Assembly (NCBI GenBank): GCA_907165135.1
Contig: OU015569.1
Coordinates: 12,028,001 to 12,092,000, forward strand
DNA from: Oikopleura dioica
Lineage: Eukaryota; Animalia; Chordata
Direction of reading: 5' to 3'
Length of the DNA stretch: 64,000 nt
Made by a program: the position numbers and the translations under genes. This document shows positions 49,812 through 62,504 of this stretch, one piece after another; the first letter of the stretch is position 1, and every line of letters starts with the position of its first letter. The notes under the pieces are model-generated. The model was not told the origin of the DNA. It did no database searches and saw only the letters and a list, made by a program, of their open reading frames with translations.

Positions 49812-50641
49812 ACCTGACGGAGTGGAAATGGATCCAAAGAATCATTCTCGCGTACGATGTTCTCGTTGTGCTCTCCGCGCTCTCCGGCTACAGATGTTAT
49901 TGGGTCCTTTCCAGCAAAGGTATTTTCAACAAGGCTAATTTCGGCAATTACATAACAATTTTCAATTTTCAGGTTTGGAAATGTTTGCGCTGACGGAGCT
50001 CTTTCTGATGGTCACTATTCTGTCAATTCCAGTCATGTCGATCAAAATTGTCGACGAATCGGCCACAGGCATGACTTGTTAAATTAAAAGATTAATATTA
50101 ATATTATTAAAAATATTAAATTATTAAATTATTAAACATTAAATAAATTAAATTTAATATAAATTAATTTTGATAAAAAATAGTATTATTTTTTATTAAT
50201 TTATTACTATTAATTTTTTAATAAAATAATATTTATTTTTGTATTAAATATAATATTTTATTAAAAATAATTTTGTTAAAAAAATAAATATCATTTTTTA
50301 TTATTTTTTTATTAAAAATATTTTTATAAAATAATATTAATTTTTTTATTAAATATTATATTTTATTAAAAAATAAAAATATTTTCTGTTTTCTTTTTTC
50401 CCTATTTTTTGTCGAAGTCTTTTTCAAAGTGCAAGGGACTCCGCGAGAACTGACGATTTGCCTCGTGCTGATGACTTTCGCTCACGTGCCGTTGATATTC
50501 CAGCTGCTTCCCTTAATCTTCCTGGGCATGGACTGCTCTCGGGTAAGAAATCTGACAATTTGGCAGCGAATTGAGCCCACATGTGGTGTCTTTCAGCTCC
50601 CACGTGCGTACAACCCAACAAAGTACCCGTCTCGTCAATGA
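49812..50641 (+). CDS. Multi-pass membrane protein, 3' part (exons 49812-49919, 49973-50068, 50430-50542, 50597-50641)
   Basis: In-phase splicing gives WKWIQRIILAYDVLVVLSALSGYRCYWVLSSKGLEMFALTELFLMVTILSIPVMSIKIVDESATVQGTPRELTICLVLMTFAHVPLIFQLLPLIFLGMDCSRLPRAYNPTKYPSRQ*; one GC-AG intron (50069-50429). A hydrophobic ORF at ~48910-49000 may be an upstream exon. Confidence 0.6.
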
Positions 50642-53600
50642 CCCCCAAAAACCCGCTTCATCATGTGAAAGTTTTTCTTTTCAAAAGATTGCGTCATTAG
50701 CACTAGAAATTCTTTGTTCCCTGACAAACTTTAACCCTAACGGATAAATTGACAATTTCAAACTATAATTTGTTTCTTTTTGTTAATTTAACAATTTTCA
50801 ATTTCCTGAGTCAGGATTCTTGAAAGTCGCGGAGCGGCTTTTCGAAAATGAAGCCGCGTAGCGGCTTTGCCAAAATACCAATTAAAATGTAAGTTTTTTT
50901 AATTCTAGCGAAGCCGCTGCGCGGCTTTTGAAGAAGTTGAGCCGCGGAGCGGCTTCGCTAGAATTTGAAATACTTAGTGTCATTTGAATTGGTATTCTTG
51001 GCAAAGCCGCTACGCGGCTTCGTTTTCAAAAGCCGCTTCGCGACTTTTCAATATTCCAACCATGACTCATCTATTTCTAGCTAGGAATTAATTTCAGAGC
51101 TTCAAAAATGGCCTCTTTTCTTCATTTTTTTGATGCTCTAATTGAATCAATGCAACGAGCCGCAAGTGGTAAATGAGGCGGTCGATACGTGTTTGGTCGT
51201 TTGGACGGCCGCACCGGTGGCTATCTATTCAATTGTGGCACACCTCGCTGCTTTTTCGAAAAGCTCCATCACTGTTCTCTTTTTTGAGAAAAGGCCGCAG
51301 ATCGACCAATTAATTGGAATTACGGTCTTTTATCATTTTTTCAGCTTCGGAGCATTTTCGGAGAACAACAACAGTCTTTAATTTCAAAAATCAAATTCGA
51401 AAAGCGAAAAAGGCAAAACATATTTTGGCCGCGCCCAACAACAATTTCGAATTGGGTCTTTCTAATCCCTATTTCTCTCCAGAAAAGAAAACGCTTTGTT
51501 TGAAGCAGAGTTTGTTTGCGTTGTTCTCAACGGTCGGAAAGCAGGGATCAGCCCGTAACACGAACTCGGACAGGAAATTCGGAAAATGTTCCACGTTCGA
51601 TTTTCTATTTTGGAAAGAATCACTTTTCGGAAAGGACTTTTCACGATCCAACTTTTTTACTATTTTTGTAAACTTCATAGAAACTCCGGTTTTCTTAAGA
51701 AAAAATGGCGATAAGAGATTGAGTTTTTTCAATTAAAAGAAGCGATCCTGTGTAGAAAACCTGAGTCAGGGTCAGACTGAAAGATCTTAATTGAAAAGCC
51801 GCGTAGCGGCTTTTAAAACGAAGCCGCGAGCGGCTTTCTTAAAGGAAGAAAAGGGGATGGCGTCTGGAACCGACAAAAAAATTCGACAAATTTCGCGTGG
51901 GCGGCTACTCGGCTGCTGAGTGGCCGGTGAGCTGAATCCAGGCTTCAGATTGGTTGAAAATTACCACGCAAATTTTGTCGAAATTTTTTGTCGGTTCCAG
52001 ACACCTCCCGAAGAAAAGAGTTAACTTTGTCGAGAGTCATGTCAATTTCGTTAAAATCTTCTCTAGAAAAGAGAAAAGGGCACCATAACTGCTCTTTTGT
52101 CAACTTGTTTTTGACTTTTTCATTTTCAATAAATCGGAAAAAGCTACTTATCAATTGAATTTTGACTAGGAATATTACCATGAATAACTTGATGATAAAA
52201 TAGCGAAGAAATATGACTTGAAGCAAATTTCAATCAGGGAGTCCCTCATCTGCCTGCTCTTGGGCTTGGAGACCTGTGGACAAAACCTGAGGCAGGGGCT
52301 TCAAAAGCTTTTCTGGTTATAATTTACTGGGTGAATAATGAGTCGACTTGTCAAATTGGTGCGGAGGATATGAGCGTAAAAATAAAGTCTGAATTTTGCG
52401 CTTTATCGAATTTGTCGCGCGCGCTAGAACAATAAGCGAGTCCAACCGAATTTTCAAAATTCTAAAAGTTTATTTCAGTCAATCGACTACAGAATCGACA
52501 AGCTGTTTCGGCACACGAACTGCGCGCCGGGCATCATCTCCCGAAAATACGCGCTTCCTTCTAACTCTTCTCAAAATCGCTGAATAAATTTAAAAAAATT
52601 ATGAACAAAAAATCGAGATTTACCAATCGTGTAAAATGCCGTCTGGCTCAGTTTGGGTCGAAATCGGCTCCGACTTGAATTTCACGTGATTCAGCTCGAT
52701 CGACGCAATACTGAGCTCGGCAACCTGTGTAAAAACCTGAGTCAGGGTCCAGAAAAAGAATTTTAATCAATTGATTTTGAAATTTTTCGAGTTTTTAAGA
52801 AAAATCTGCAAAACCGCTTTCAAAATCAATTGAAAAAGCTTTCTCAGGACCCTGACTCAGGTTTTCGACACAGGTTGCCGAGCCCACACACGAATTGAAT
52901 GAACAGAGCAAGCAAGACCTGCGCAAATCCTTGTAAAAACGAGTCTTTTTCAAGCGGTTTGAAATTAAAAATGCAAATGAAAAACAAAAATCAACACATC
53001 GACTATTCATGTGCGATTATGTTAATCAAGTGAGCCAGCGAGTTAAATTTCAAACCATTTTCTGGTGGAATTAACGGCAATTTCGGACCACTGGTGACTG
53101 AGCTCGGCAACCTGAGCAGAAACCTGAGTCAGGGTCCTGAAAAATATTTTTCAATTTTAAGGACCCTGACTCAGGTTTTCACACAGGTTGCCGAGCACAG
53201 ACTAGTGAGCAGCAGCGTGTGAATAAAGACATACAATCCTTGCAGCTGGGCTCAGCAACCTGAGTGGAAAACCTGAGTCAGGGGCTTTTCAGATCTTTCA
53301 GACCCTGACTCAGGTTTTCAACACAGGTTGCCGAGCCCCACCTGGCAGGATGCATTCAATTGTTTTCCTAAAAGATTAATTAAGTGGATTGCGGCTTGTT
53401 TAGCTGTCTTTTCCGTTTTGTAAATACCTCGGCATTTTGAATTGCGAAGCGACGAAAATAGCGAAAGAAAGATCAAGCACACGTTGAAGGGAGCTCGCTT
53501 TTTCGAGCAAATAAATCGCGGCGAAAGGGAGCACAAGAACGATTAAAAGTATGAAGCCGGCTCTGAAAATTTGCTTTCCTGCACGGGTGACTTCATTGAT

Positions 53601-53686
53601 TCCGCAAAGCATGAGAAAATAGCTTGAAACTTTGACAAAACTCCACAGCAAACACTTTGCAAGGTTCCCTTTAATTCTAGCTTTAT

Positions 53687-54225
53687 AATAAAGTGACACC
53701 CTTATTCTCTTTGACAATAAAAGAAGATTAATCTATCATTAGTAAGGCTTCCATGAAGATTAAATAATAAGGGTATCACTTGGTTAATTTTACGGAAAAA
53801 TCGATAGAATCGTCAACTAATAATAAAGTGATACCCTTATTTTATGCGACAAAAACAGATTAATCATTAGTTAGGTTTCTCTAAAGGTTGATAATAAGGG
53901 TATCACCTGGCTAATTTTCACATAAAAATCGATAGAATCATGACAACTCATGATAACAGCTTCATAATAAAGTGACACCCTTATTCTCTTTCACAATAAA
54001 AGAAGATTTATCTATCATTAGTTAGGCTTCCCTAAAGAGTAGAAAATAAGGGTATCACTTGGTTAATTTTACAGAAAAATCGATAGAATCATCAACTCAT
54101 AATAAAGTGATACCCTTATTTTATGCGACAAAAAACAGATAAATCATTAGTTAGGCTTCTCTAAAGGTTAAAAAATAAGGGTATCACCTGGAAAATCGAT
54201 AGAATCATGACAACTCATGATAACG
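53687..54225. repeat. Tandem array of four ~135-bp GTGA(C/T)ACCCTTATT...AATAAGGGTATCAC units with ABAB higher-order structure
   Basis: Units 1 and 3 and units 2 and 4 are more alike than neighbours; related units at 24015-24300 and 32530-33020. Confidence 0.8.
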
Positions 54226-55248
54226 TAAAAAGCTTCGTTCTGAAACCCTTAATTTTTCTAGTAAAGTAACTCTTTCCCTGATAATTAAATCTTCTATCTT
54301 CACGATTTGGTTGCTAAATAAAGCATTCCTGAAAAAGAAAGCTTAATTTCAGAAGAAGGCAAATAATCTAATTTGATCAAAGCAGTTTAGTTTTGTTTGC
54401 AGGTCAAAAATAATCATTTTTCAAAAGCCAATAATTTCTAACGAGTCAAATTAGCGCTCGTTAGTGTTTTTAGAACTAGAATTATCAAACGATCAAAAAC
54501 GGAGCAACTAGACCCGTGTTTTCGGAAAACAAAAGCTGTCTTATTTTTGGGCAAATAAGTTGGGAACCCCATCCTCTGTCTTGAACACTCCGATGTTGAG
54601 AAAAATGTAGCCTAGTAAAAATATTCGCAGCATTTTCGTTTTTTGGGGAAAAATTAGAAAAGTTTGGTGTTTGCCGCCGCAGCGGAAATTACGTAAGGAG
54701 GATAGCCCAGCCCAAAGCACGGAATTTGCCACGCCGGAAAACTTTCTATTCATTAGTGAAGACCCAGAGCGAGAATTTTACTTTTGGCGTTTTTAACATT
54801 TAAAGTTGAAAATCGAATTTTCGCATTATTGAATCTTTGCTCAGTTGAGGTTGGAACTGACCTGCGCTGAGCTGAGCTCAGATAGATAATAGATGAATAA
54901 AAATTATTAAAATAATTTGTAAATATTTAAATACACTTGTATTTAGAGCGGAATAAAAATTCCGACAAATTTTGCGTGACAATTTCCAACCAATCAAAAG
55001 TTTGGATTGAGCTTAACGGCCAATCAGCAGCCGAGTATCCACCCACGCAAAATATGTCGAAATTTTTGTGTCGATTCCTGACGCCAGCCCCTTAGAGCTT
55101 CTTAGGAAGCTTCAAAGAGACTATTATAAGTTAGAGGTAGTCATAGAGAACAAAATCTTGTCTGTACTTAGCCCTGACTGAAATATCGAGTAATAGTTCT
55201 GACCATTTCGTTTATTAGGGAATATTTGCATGATCTGTCGAGACAGTT

Positions 55249-55795
55249 GACGCGCTTTTTTAAGGTTGTGCAAGTTATTTCTCCCATTTTTCAATGAAAT
55301 GCCCAGAACACCATATATATTTGGAATCAGTGAGAAAAATCTAGAAACTTGACCTTTTAGTTTTTCGAAAATCAATTCCGGTTGCGATTCTAGAGCCGGA
55401 AGTTGACGAAATTTAGCAGTTAAGATAAAATGTGACCTATCAAGTTAAAGCCCAGAAAATTCTGAGTCATCTTATAATCAATTCATTAGAAAAAAGTCTC
55501 AACCCCGGTCAGATCGATCGCTAAAATCATGAAAAGAGGCATAAATTAATGAAATTTTCTTCATTTTTTACCGGTTAGTTTGGCCGCGGTTCGGTTGAAG
55601 TCTTTTTCCAAATTACTAGAAATGTTCTAAGCTTTAATTTGGTATGTCACACGCATGAATTTCCTACAAATCTCACCAACTTCCGGCTCTAGAATCGTAG
55701 CCGGAAGTGATTTTTAAGAAACAAAAAGGGTCTTGATTCTAGATTTTTCCGCTGATTCCAAGAATGTATGGTGTTCCAGGGTTTAAAATGGATGT
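55249..55795. mobile_element. Diverged copy of the 34576 foldback family; right arm truncated at the next element
   Basis: GACGCGCTTTTTTAAGG start, shared TTCTAGAGCCGGAAGT and TGTGACCTATCAA blocks, right-arm similarity stops near 55790. Confidence 0.65.
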
Positions 55796-55797
55796 CG

Positions 55798-56694
55798 AGC
55801 ACAATGCTCCGAACTCTTCTCGCATGAGGGCGCAAGGTGCGCGGAGGACTCTGAGTCCTCCGAACATTGGGAGAACTGATGAGTTGGCGATAAGACTTAA
55901 ATACGCTAATCGAGCGTAACACCTGGGAGTGAGCACAGCAGGGGCGGAGGGGATATTATTGTTCTACCCATGCTAGTATCAACTTTATTATCAATTCAAG
56001 AGGCGATTAAGAGTGATAGCGTTATTTCTTTGGACATATATGTATCAGAAGAAAGGTCTTTTCGAGCAGAATATGGATTTTACGGAATTGAAAGAAATCG
56101 TTGACCTTATTTCGCGCCTGACTTGAAGTATATTCCGATTTTTTCAAATCAGAGCTATAAAATGAACCTTTTCGATCGGTTTGTTTCCCGCCTCTGTCGA
56201 AACCGATGAGACTCTACGTATAAAATAGGACCAAAAGCCCTTCCCTTGTGATCGATGATAAGTGGTCGTAGATTGGTGGTTCCTAGACCCTGAGCCTGAG
56301 AGTTCTGCTTTTTAAACCTTATCATCGAAATTTAGTGTTTTTGACCCTTAATTTAGATTCAGCGCAAAATTTCACTCTAAAAATGATTTTTAAGTTTTTA
56401 ATGATTTCAAAAATATGAGCGTGAAAATTCAGTTTACCGAAATTAAGCTCATTCAGGGGTACTACGCGATCAGAAATGATAGCGGTGTTTGAATAAAGAT
56501 TGACACATTTCACGCTGGGATGAGGTCCCTTCCGTACTTGCTCACCCGGTGTGTACTCTCCGGAGGTTCTCCCTAGGCGCTCCTCAGCGCACTCTCCTCC
56601 GGCTCCCTGCAAAGAGCGCTCTTCAACGTCTTTTCCGATCTTCCACCTCTTTTTCCGAGCGCCCTCTGGCGGATGGAGTTCGGAGCATTATGCT
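55798..56694. mobile_element. GC-rich element with diverged long inverted termini
   Basis: AGCACAATGCTCCGAACTC...GAGGGCGC at left matches the reverse complement of GCGCCCTC...GAGTTCGGAGCATTATGCT at right; weaker blocks GGGAGAAC and GTGAGCA also mirror. Confidence 0.55.
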
Positions 56695-57765
56695 TTTACC
56701 CCTTTAAAATGAAGAAGTGGGTGAAATAACTTGAATAACTAACATAGCAGAAGACATTTTACCAACTCACTAGCGTTAAATTTTTATTCCTTCTGCATCA
56801 ACTCATCTTGATTTTATGGTCTTTCGATTTCAATCAAAAAGTCGCGCAAAAATAGCAAAAAATCAACAAGGAGTACCGATTTCGGCAAATGCGCTGACGA
56901 TTTCCGATTTTTGCGTTTTTAATCCCGCCCGTCTCTCTTCAAACCGGGACTCTTTTGTTTTGGCTAAGCGAAAATTAAAGAATCAAAACAGAAGGGGTCG
57001 ACGTAGTTCCGGAACTATAAATTTGTGTTGCCCAAAATATCCAATTATTGGAAAACTTCGGAAAAAGGCTTAAAACTGAGTTTGAATGGAACTCGCTTTT
57101 GTTGCTCAATTTCTAGTGTTGATGCTTTCCTGGGAAACTGTGGAGCGAGGATCGGTGATAACGGAAAAGAGACACCCTTTTAGCGGATTTGGCAACAGCA
57201 AATCGGCGCGAAGTTGGACTTTCTCAAGAAATTGGCGAGGAAGACCAAAAATAGAGCTTGATAGAATTCTTTCGGCTTTTTTGATGAAATGGTTTTGTTA
57301 AAATAAGGGTGTCAGTGTATTAACGAACGAAAAAATCAGCCGAAAGTCTTATAGACCAATTAAGAGTGTAATTTGTATCACGCTCTTTTCTAAAAATAGC
57401 CTGGATTGATATTGATCCGCTGCGCACATGAACACAAAATCACTCAAAAATAAGACCCAGCCTTTTCGGCTCAGTTTGCGTCACGGGAACTCTCCTCTCC
57501 TGACTCTGACAGCATCTTTAATTCTACTGTTAATAAGATCATTTTTCAGCATTATTAAAATTTTTCTTTTACGAATTTGGCAAATCATTTTATTGAAAAT
57601 AAGCAAATAATCTTTTTATTAAAAAGGAATTTTGTGCAAACTTTCTAGCGACCAGGACTCGAAAACCTGTGTAGAAAACCTGAGTCAGGGTTTGATGGTG
57701 CTTTAATAAAGCAGTGCCGCCTCCAAATCCTGACTCAGGTTTTCTACACAGTCTTTCGACCCCAG

Positions 57766-58511
57766 CTAATGACCGACTTCATACAGCATAGATGCCAAAA
57801 TGCAAGACTCGCACCAGAAGACAGTGCAGCAACCAACAGGCGGATCTATAAATAATTTGAAATTTGCAGAACTGAAGCATTTTTTTTTGTCTCAGGAAGC
57901 AATACTACCTGTTATTTGTTGACTTTGGCGCATACGCTCGCGTTCTTCGACGAGGAAAAAGACCGCGATGAATCCAAAGCAAAATCCTTCAAAATTCAAG
58001 CTTGTTTATTCAAAAAGAAAAAGCAATCAAACTTACGCAAGCAACAGGGTCCTCCATATCCGCCGCCACTCATTTGCGAGACGCTCCCATGCGCGCAGCA
58101 AGGACACCTGAAAACTTGAAAATTTGAAGTCCTAAAATTTTTAAAAACCAAAAAGCGGAGCAGCAATGTCCATCACACCAACTCAAACTTCGGTAGTCGA
58201 CTTTCCAGCTCTTCTGCGCGTACTAGAATTCTCCTTTTTCAATTTTCCTTGTTGTTGTCCGATATACCTGGGTAGTGATAACATACTGTGGCTGAGTTGT
58301 CACGACTTGCGCTTCTACTGTTGTTTGTTCAGTGTAAGGAGGTGGTGCTCTTTATTTGGTTTTTCGAAGTCAAGAATATGAATAAGGATTTAATAAATTC
58401 CCTTCTTCTGAAAGTTTTAGATTTCTCTTAACTTTAAAAGCCTAAAATATCCTGTTCTTTCTTTTCTTCTTGTTCGAGTTTCGATTCTTCAGATTTCTTG
58501 CTTTCTGCCAT
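57766..58511 (-). CDS. PLAC8/cornifelin-family Cys-rich protein, 6 exons
   Basis: MAESKKSEE...APPPYTEQ...SWKVDYRSLSWCDGHCCSAFWCPCCAHG...PCCLRFCFGFIAVFFLVEERERMRQSQQITDPPVGCCTVFWCESCILASMLYEV: W...CC..FWCPCC and CC..FWC..C motifs typical of PLAC8; first intron GC-AG. Confidence 0.85.
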
Positions 58512-59226
58512 TTCTTAAATCTGTGGCGTTCTATCTCGAAAAAATGGTCACTATGATACGAGGTCAACTCTCATGCTTCACTATTAAAATATATTTGCAT
58601 TGAACATGATTTATTGAGCTTCTAGTCGTAGGAATGCTTTTCCTAGCTATCAAAAGTTTGCTCGTCTGACAAATAAATATGAATTCTTATTCTTAAACTG
58701 ACAACATAGAGGAGTATGTATAACAGTGATTGAACAGGCTGAGAATGCGCTTATTATTGGCATTCGTAGTACTTGACTCTCATCATTTATGAGCGAAAGA
58801 TTATTGAAACTAAAATTTGAAAGAAACAAGATGCTTTGAGGCGTACACTAGATTGCGCGGGTAGTTTGCGCCAATTTTTAACCTTTAGAAATTCATTTAT
58901 TCGACCAAGATAATATTTTTTTTATTCTGACACTAGAGATGAAATTCTCCGTCAATTTTGCATCAGAAAAAATACAGTTTTGTGAATTTATGGAAATTTA
59001 TTGTGCTAATTTTTGTAATCGTAGGGATGAACTAAACGCTGAATACACTGTATTAATTTGTTTTTGATTATGCGACGATTTACATTCCTGAATGCAAATG
59101 CGATAACGGTGGCTTATAAAATGAGAAAATAAATCAATGTGAGCAAATTTCAGCAGCAATGCGCGAGAAAAATATCAGGCTCTTGACTCTGAAGAATTGT
59201 TAGAGCAAACGTTCGTAAATTAAAGA

Positions 59227-60273
59227 ATGGCCAAGGTAATAGAGATTATATAAACGAGATGAGGAAAAAATATTTCAAGAGCATCATAATTACTGGAAGC
59301 TCCAGTGGGATAGGTGCTGCTGCTGCAAGACTATTTGCCTCGAAAGGATTTAACATTACACTTCATGGACGGAACCTTGAAAAATTGAAGAAAGTTAGTG
59401 ACGAATGCATTCAACTTGGTGCAGCTGGAACACATATTGTTCAGCTTGATCTTACAAAGATCTCAGGTAGGGTAACTGAAATGAAAAAGAGAGAAAAATA
59501 TAAGTTTAGAGCTCTCAAAACTGGTGACGGAGACAATCGAACAGTTCGGAAGGCTTGATGTTCTGGTTAATAACGCAAGTGCAGGAAAGGTTTATCTACT
59601 TAAGGACCTCCCCAACGATTTTTACTCTGATCCTGTGAGGGGTCATGAAAATTTAATTTAAAAAAGAACCTTTTTTCTGCTGCCTTTGGAAACATTGAGG
59701 ACATTGATGAAGAAATTCTCGACAAAAATATAATCATGAATATTAAAGCTCCTGTGTTTTTGATCCAAGCGGCTCTTCCCTTTTTGAAACAAAGCAAAGG
59801 GTCCATCGTTATCATATCTGCATTGTCAACAGTCATACGCACAAACAGTAAATATTCATACAACACTCAAATCCAATTATTTACAACAAAGATTATTTCC
59901 CGGTTTCAATTACAAAAGCTGCAACAGATCATGCTGCTTTACTTTTGTCTGGAAATTTGGCGGCAGACGGAATAAGAGTTAACACAATTCATCCAGCAGT
60001 GACCGATACTGAGATTTGGGAGACCACGGGAATTCCCGAGGAAATGCGACCTACTTTGATGCAGATCGAAGGAGAGAAGCAGCCACTAGCTGGAATCATA
60101 AAACCTGAAGAGATTGCTCAGGTATTTATTCTCAACAGAATATAAAACGAGTAAATAAGACAATCTGGACGTGTGTGGATCCAAAAACACCAAGCCTGAC
60201 AGGTCAGAAGATCATCATCCATGGGGGGCGTGGTGAAGACTGTCCATGGAAAAATCCATTTTTAATGATGTAG
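59227..60273 (+). CDS. Short-chain dehydrogenase/reductase with atypical active site
   Basis: IIITGSSSGIG Rossmann motif, HGR, LDVLVNNA, GIRVNTIHP, TGQKIIIHGG; ATG GCC AAG micro-exon at 59227; GT-AG introns. Confidence 0.85.
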
Positions 60274-60576
60274 ATTCTCTTCCTCACATACATAAAATTA
60301 ACTGAATAAATAGTCTTAGCAATGCAAAGCGGATTCGACAAGCCTCCTGATCTTATAAAACTTACAGAATAAAATTTTTAAGATTGTCTGAGCCAATACG
60401 GTAGATAGGAATGTAAGATGAAGAAATACCTGGCAGAGATTTTTAAATAAACAATTTATTTTATATGATCCAATAAAAATGCACAAATTTTCTTATTCAC
60501 AAATTTTATTTATTTTTAAAGATGATCATCAGAAGAAAATTTTAATTAAAGAAAAAAATCTAAAATCTCTTTCAAG

Positions 60577-62504
60577 AAAAACAAGCAGTTCGTGATCGAG
60601 GACGACCAGGAGTTTGGAGAACTGAAAGCTGGCGTTGTGAATGCAATTGATCAACGAACTTCATCTCGCGTAAAAATCAAAGGATTTTATTTAACCCGGG
60701 AGATAACAGCCGACAATGCGGAAAAAGAAGCAAAGGAACTTAAATCTCTCGGTAACAAATTTATTTTGTGGATCAATTAAAAAAATTATGATCAGATCAT
60801 CGAAATATTGTGAAATTCATTGATTTCATCGGAGCAGAGAAACCATCGTGGTGTTACACAAGGATGAGTTTCATCGTCATGGAGAGTCTCGATGGTGGAA
60901 GTGTTAAAGACATGATAGCAAAACGACTTACAGCAGGAAACTTCCTTTCTCTTCCTGAAATCAAAAATCTAAGTGTTCAACTCGTTTCAGCTGTTGCTTA
61001 TTGCCACGAGAAAAGTGTTCTTCATCTTGATATCAAACCAGCAAATGTTTTTATATCGAGTGATGAAAAAACTGTAAGAAAATCATTCGAAATAAAGTAC
61101 TTTATTCTTCAGATTAAACTTGGAGATTTCGGCAGTGCCCGCGAGGTCTCAACAATAACGATCACTTCTGCTACTTCGGGAACTATTTTGTCTACCGAGA
61201 TGTACTCAACTCCAGGTTTAAAATGCTTATTTTATAACAGAAGGACATTGTTTGAATTTTAAGAATGTCTTATGAATGAACGCAAAAAATCTCCAAGCAT
61301 TGATGTCTGGGGACTTGCTCTTGTAATACAGGGAAGGTTTAAATACTCATCTCATATGAAAAATATAAAATATAATAATAAATAATAAGGAATAATAATA
61401 AATAATAAATAGATAATAATATAAATAATATAATATAAATATAAAATAAAAGTTCATTTGTGACCTCATCGAAGGAAATAATAACACTTCATCATGCCTT
61501 TTATCCCGAAGAAAACAAAATAAAAGCAAATATTCCATTTGAAATAAGTAAGAGATTTATCTAAACACATCTATCAAAGAAATTCAGGGCAAAATATTGT
61601 GGCTGGACGAAGAAGAGATATCAAAGATTTTCGCACTGATGCTGAAGAATTCGTTCCTTATCAAAAATTTTTGGAGAAATGTCTATCAGCGAGAAAAGAG
61701 ATGAGGCCAAAAAATGCAATCGTGCTGAAAGAAGAGAAAATTTTTCAACATATGCTCATTGATGATACTGTTGATCGTGAATACGGGAATGAAAAGACTG
61801 AAGATGAAATCGACAAATTAAGAAGGCATATTGAAATGCTAGAAGGAAATTTAGAGAAACAAACAAACGAAAATTTACTGCTCAAGAAGAAAATCATAGA
61901 TCAAGAGGGGATACTTGATGAGGATAATCCAAAATGGGTTGGAACATTTGGACGAAAATCAAACTTGGTTGCGGATTTTGTAAGAAAACTCACTCCACTT
62001 GATGGTCTTGGCCATTACTCTGGGCCTGACAAGTCGCAAAAGGCCGGAGGACCTCGACCTATAATGGGCGAAACTCATCTTCAAGAAGTCTGCAAAATGC
62101 TTTTCTGTGGTCATCTTCAAATCAATTTGAAGGTTCAAGAAAATAAATCTATTAGCTTCATATTTTCAGTTCTGGATGTTTGACAAAATTGAAGGAGAAT
62201 TCTGCGGATACTCTATTTCTTTTCAAAGAGAAAAAAATGACTCTCTCGGTGTTTTTGAATTCATTTTGAAGATTGGATCACCAGGTTTTAAGTCTTTTTT
62301 TATTCTTTTTAATGTCATGTAGGGCAGGATTCATTCACTGCAATAGCAGAAGAAATCGACCCTCCACTTGGGAAAATAAGAAATACGGTCGATTTAACGA
62401 GTGTTCTCGAAGACGATAAGCAAACAATGAAATTTGTCGGGAAGAATAACATGGTCTACATACGATATAATCTGACGAGAATCGTTAAAAAAGAAAAGTT
62501 TTGA
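60577..62504 (+). CDS. Divergent non-RD Ser/Thr protein kinase + coiled coil + C-terminal beta-rich (possibly MATH-like) domain; 5' end uncertain
   Basis: VKIK, EKEA, HRNIVKF, HLDIKPANV, KLGDFG, YSTPE, DVWGL, RP (subdomain XI); heptad region EIDKLRRHIEMLEGNLEKQTNENLLLKKKI; stop at 62502-62504. Confidence 0.85.

Noticed and set aside
55876-55920. CTGATGAG as a hammerhead ribozyme core or C-box
   Set aside because: No GAAA partner or stem II; no convincing D-box with terminal stem.
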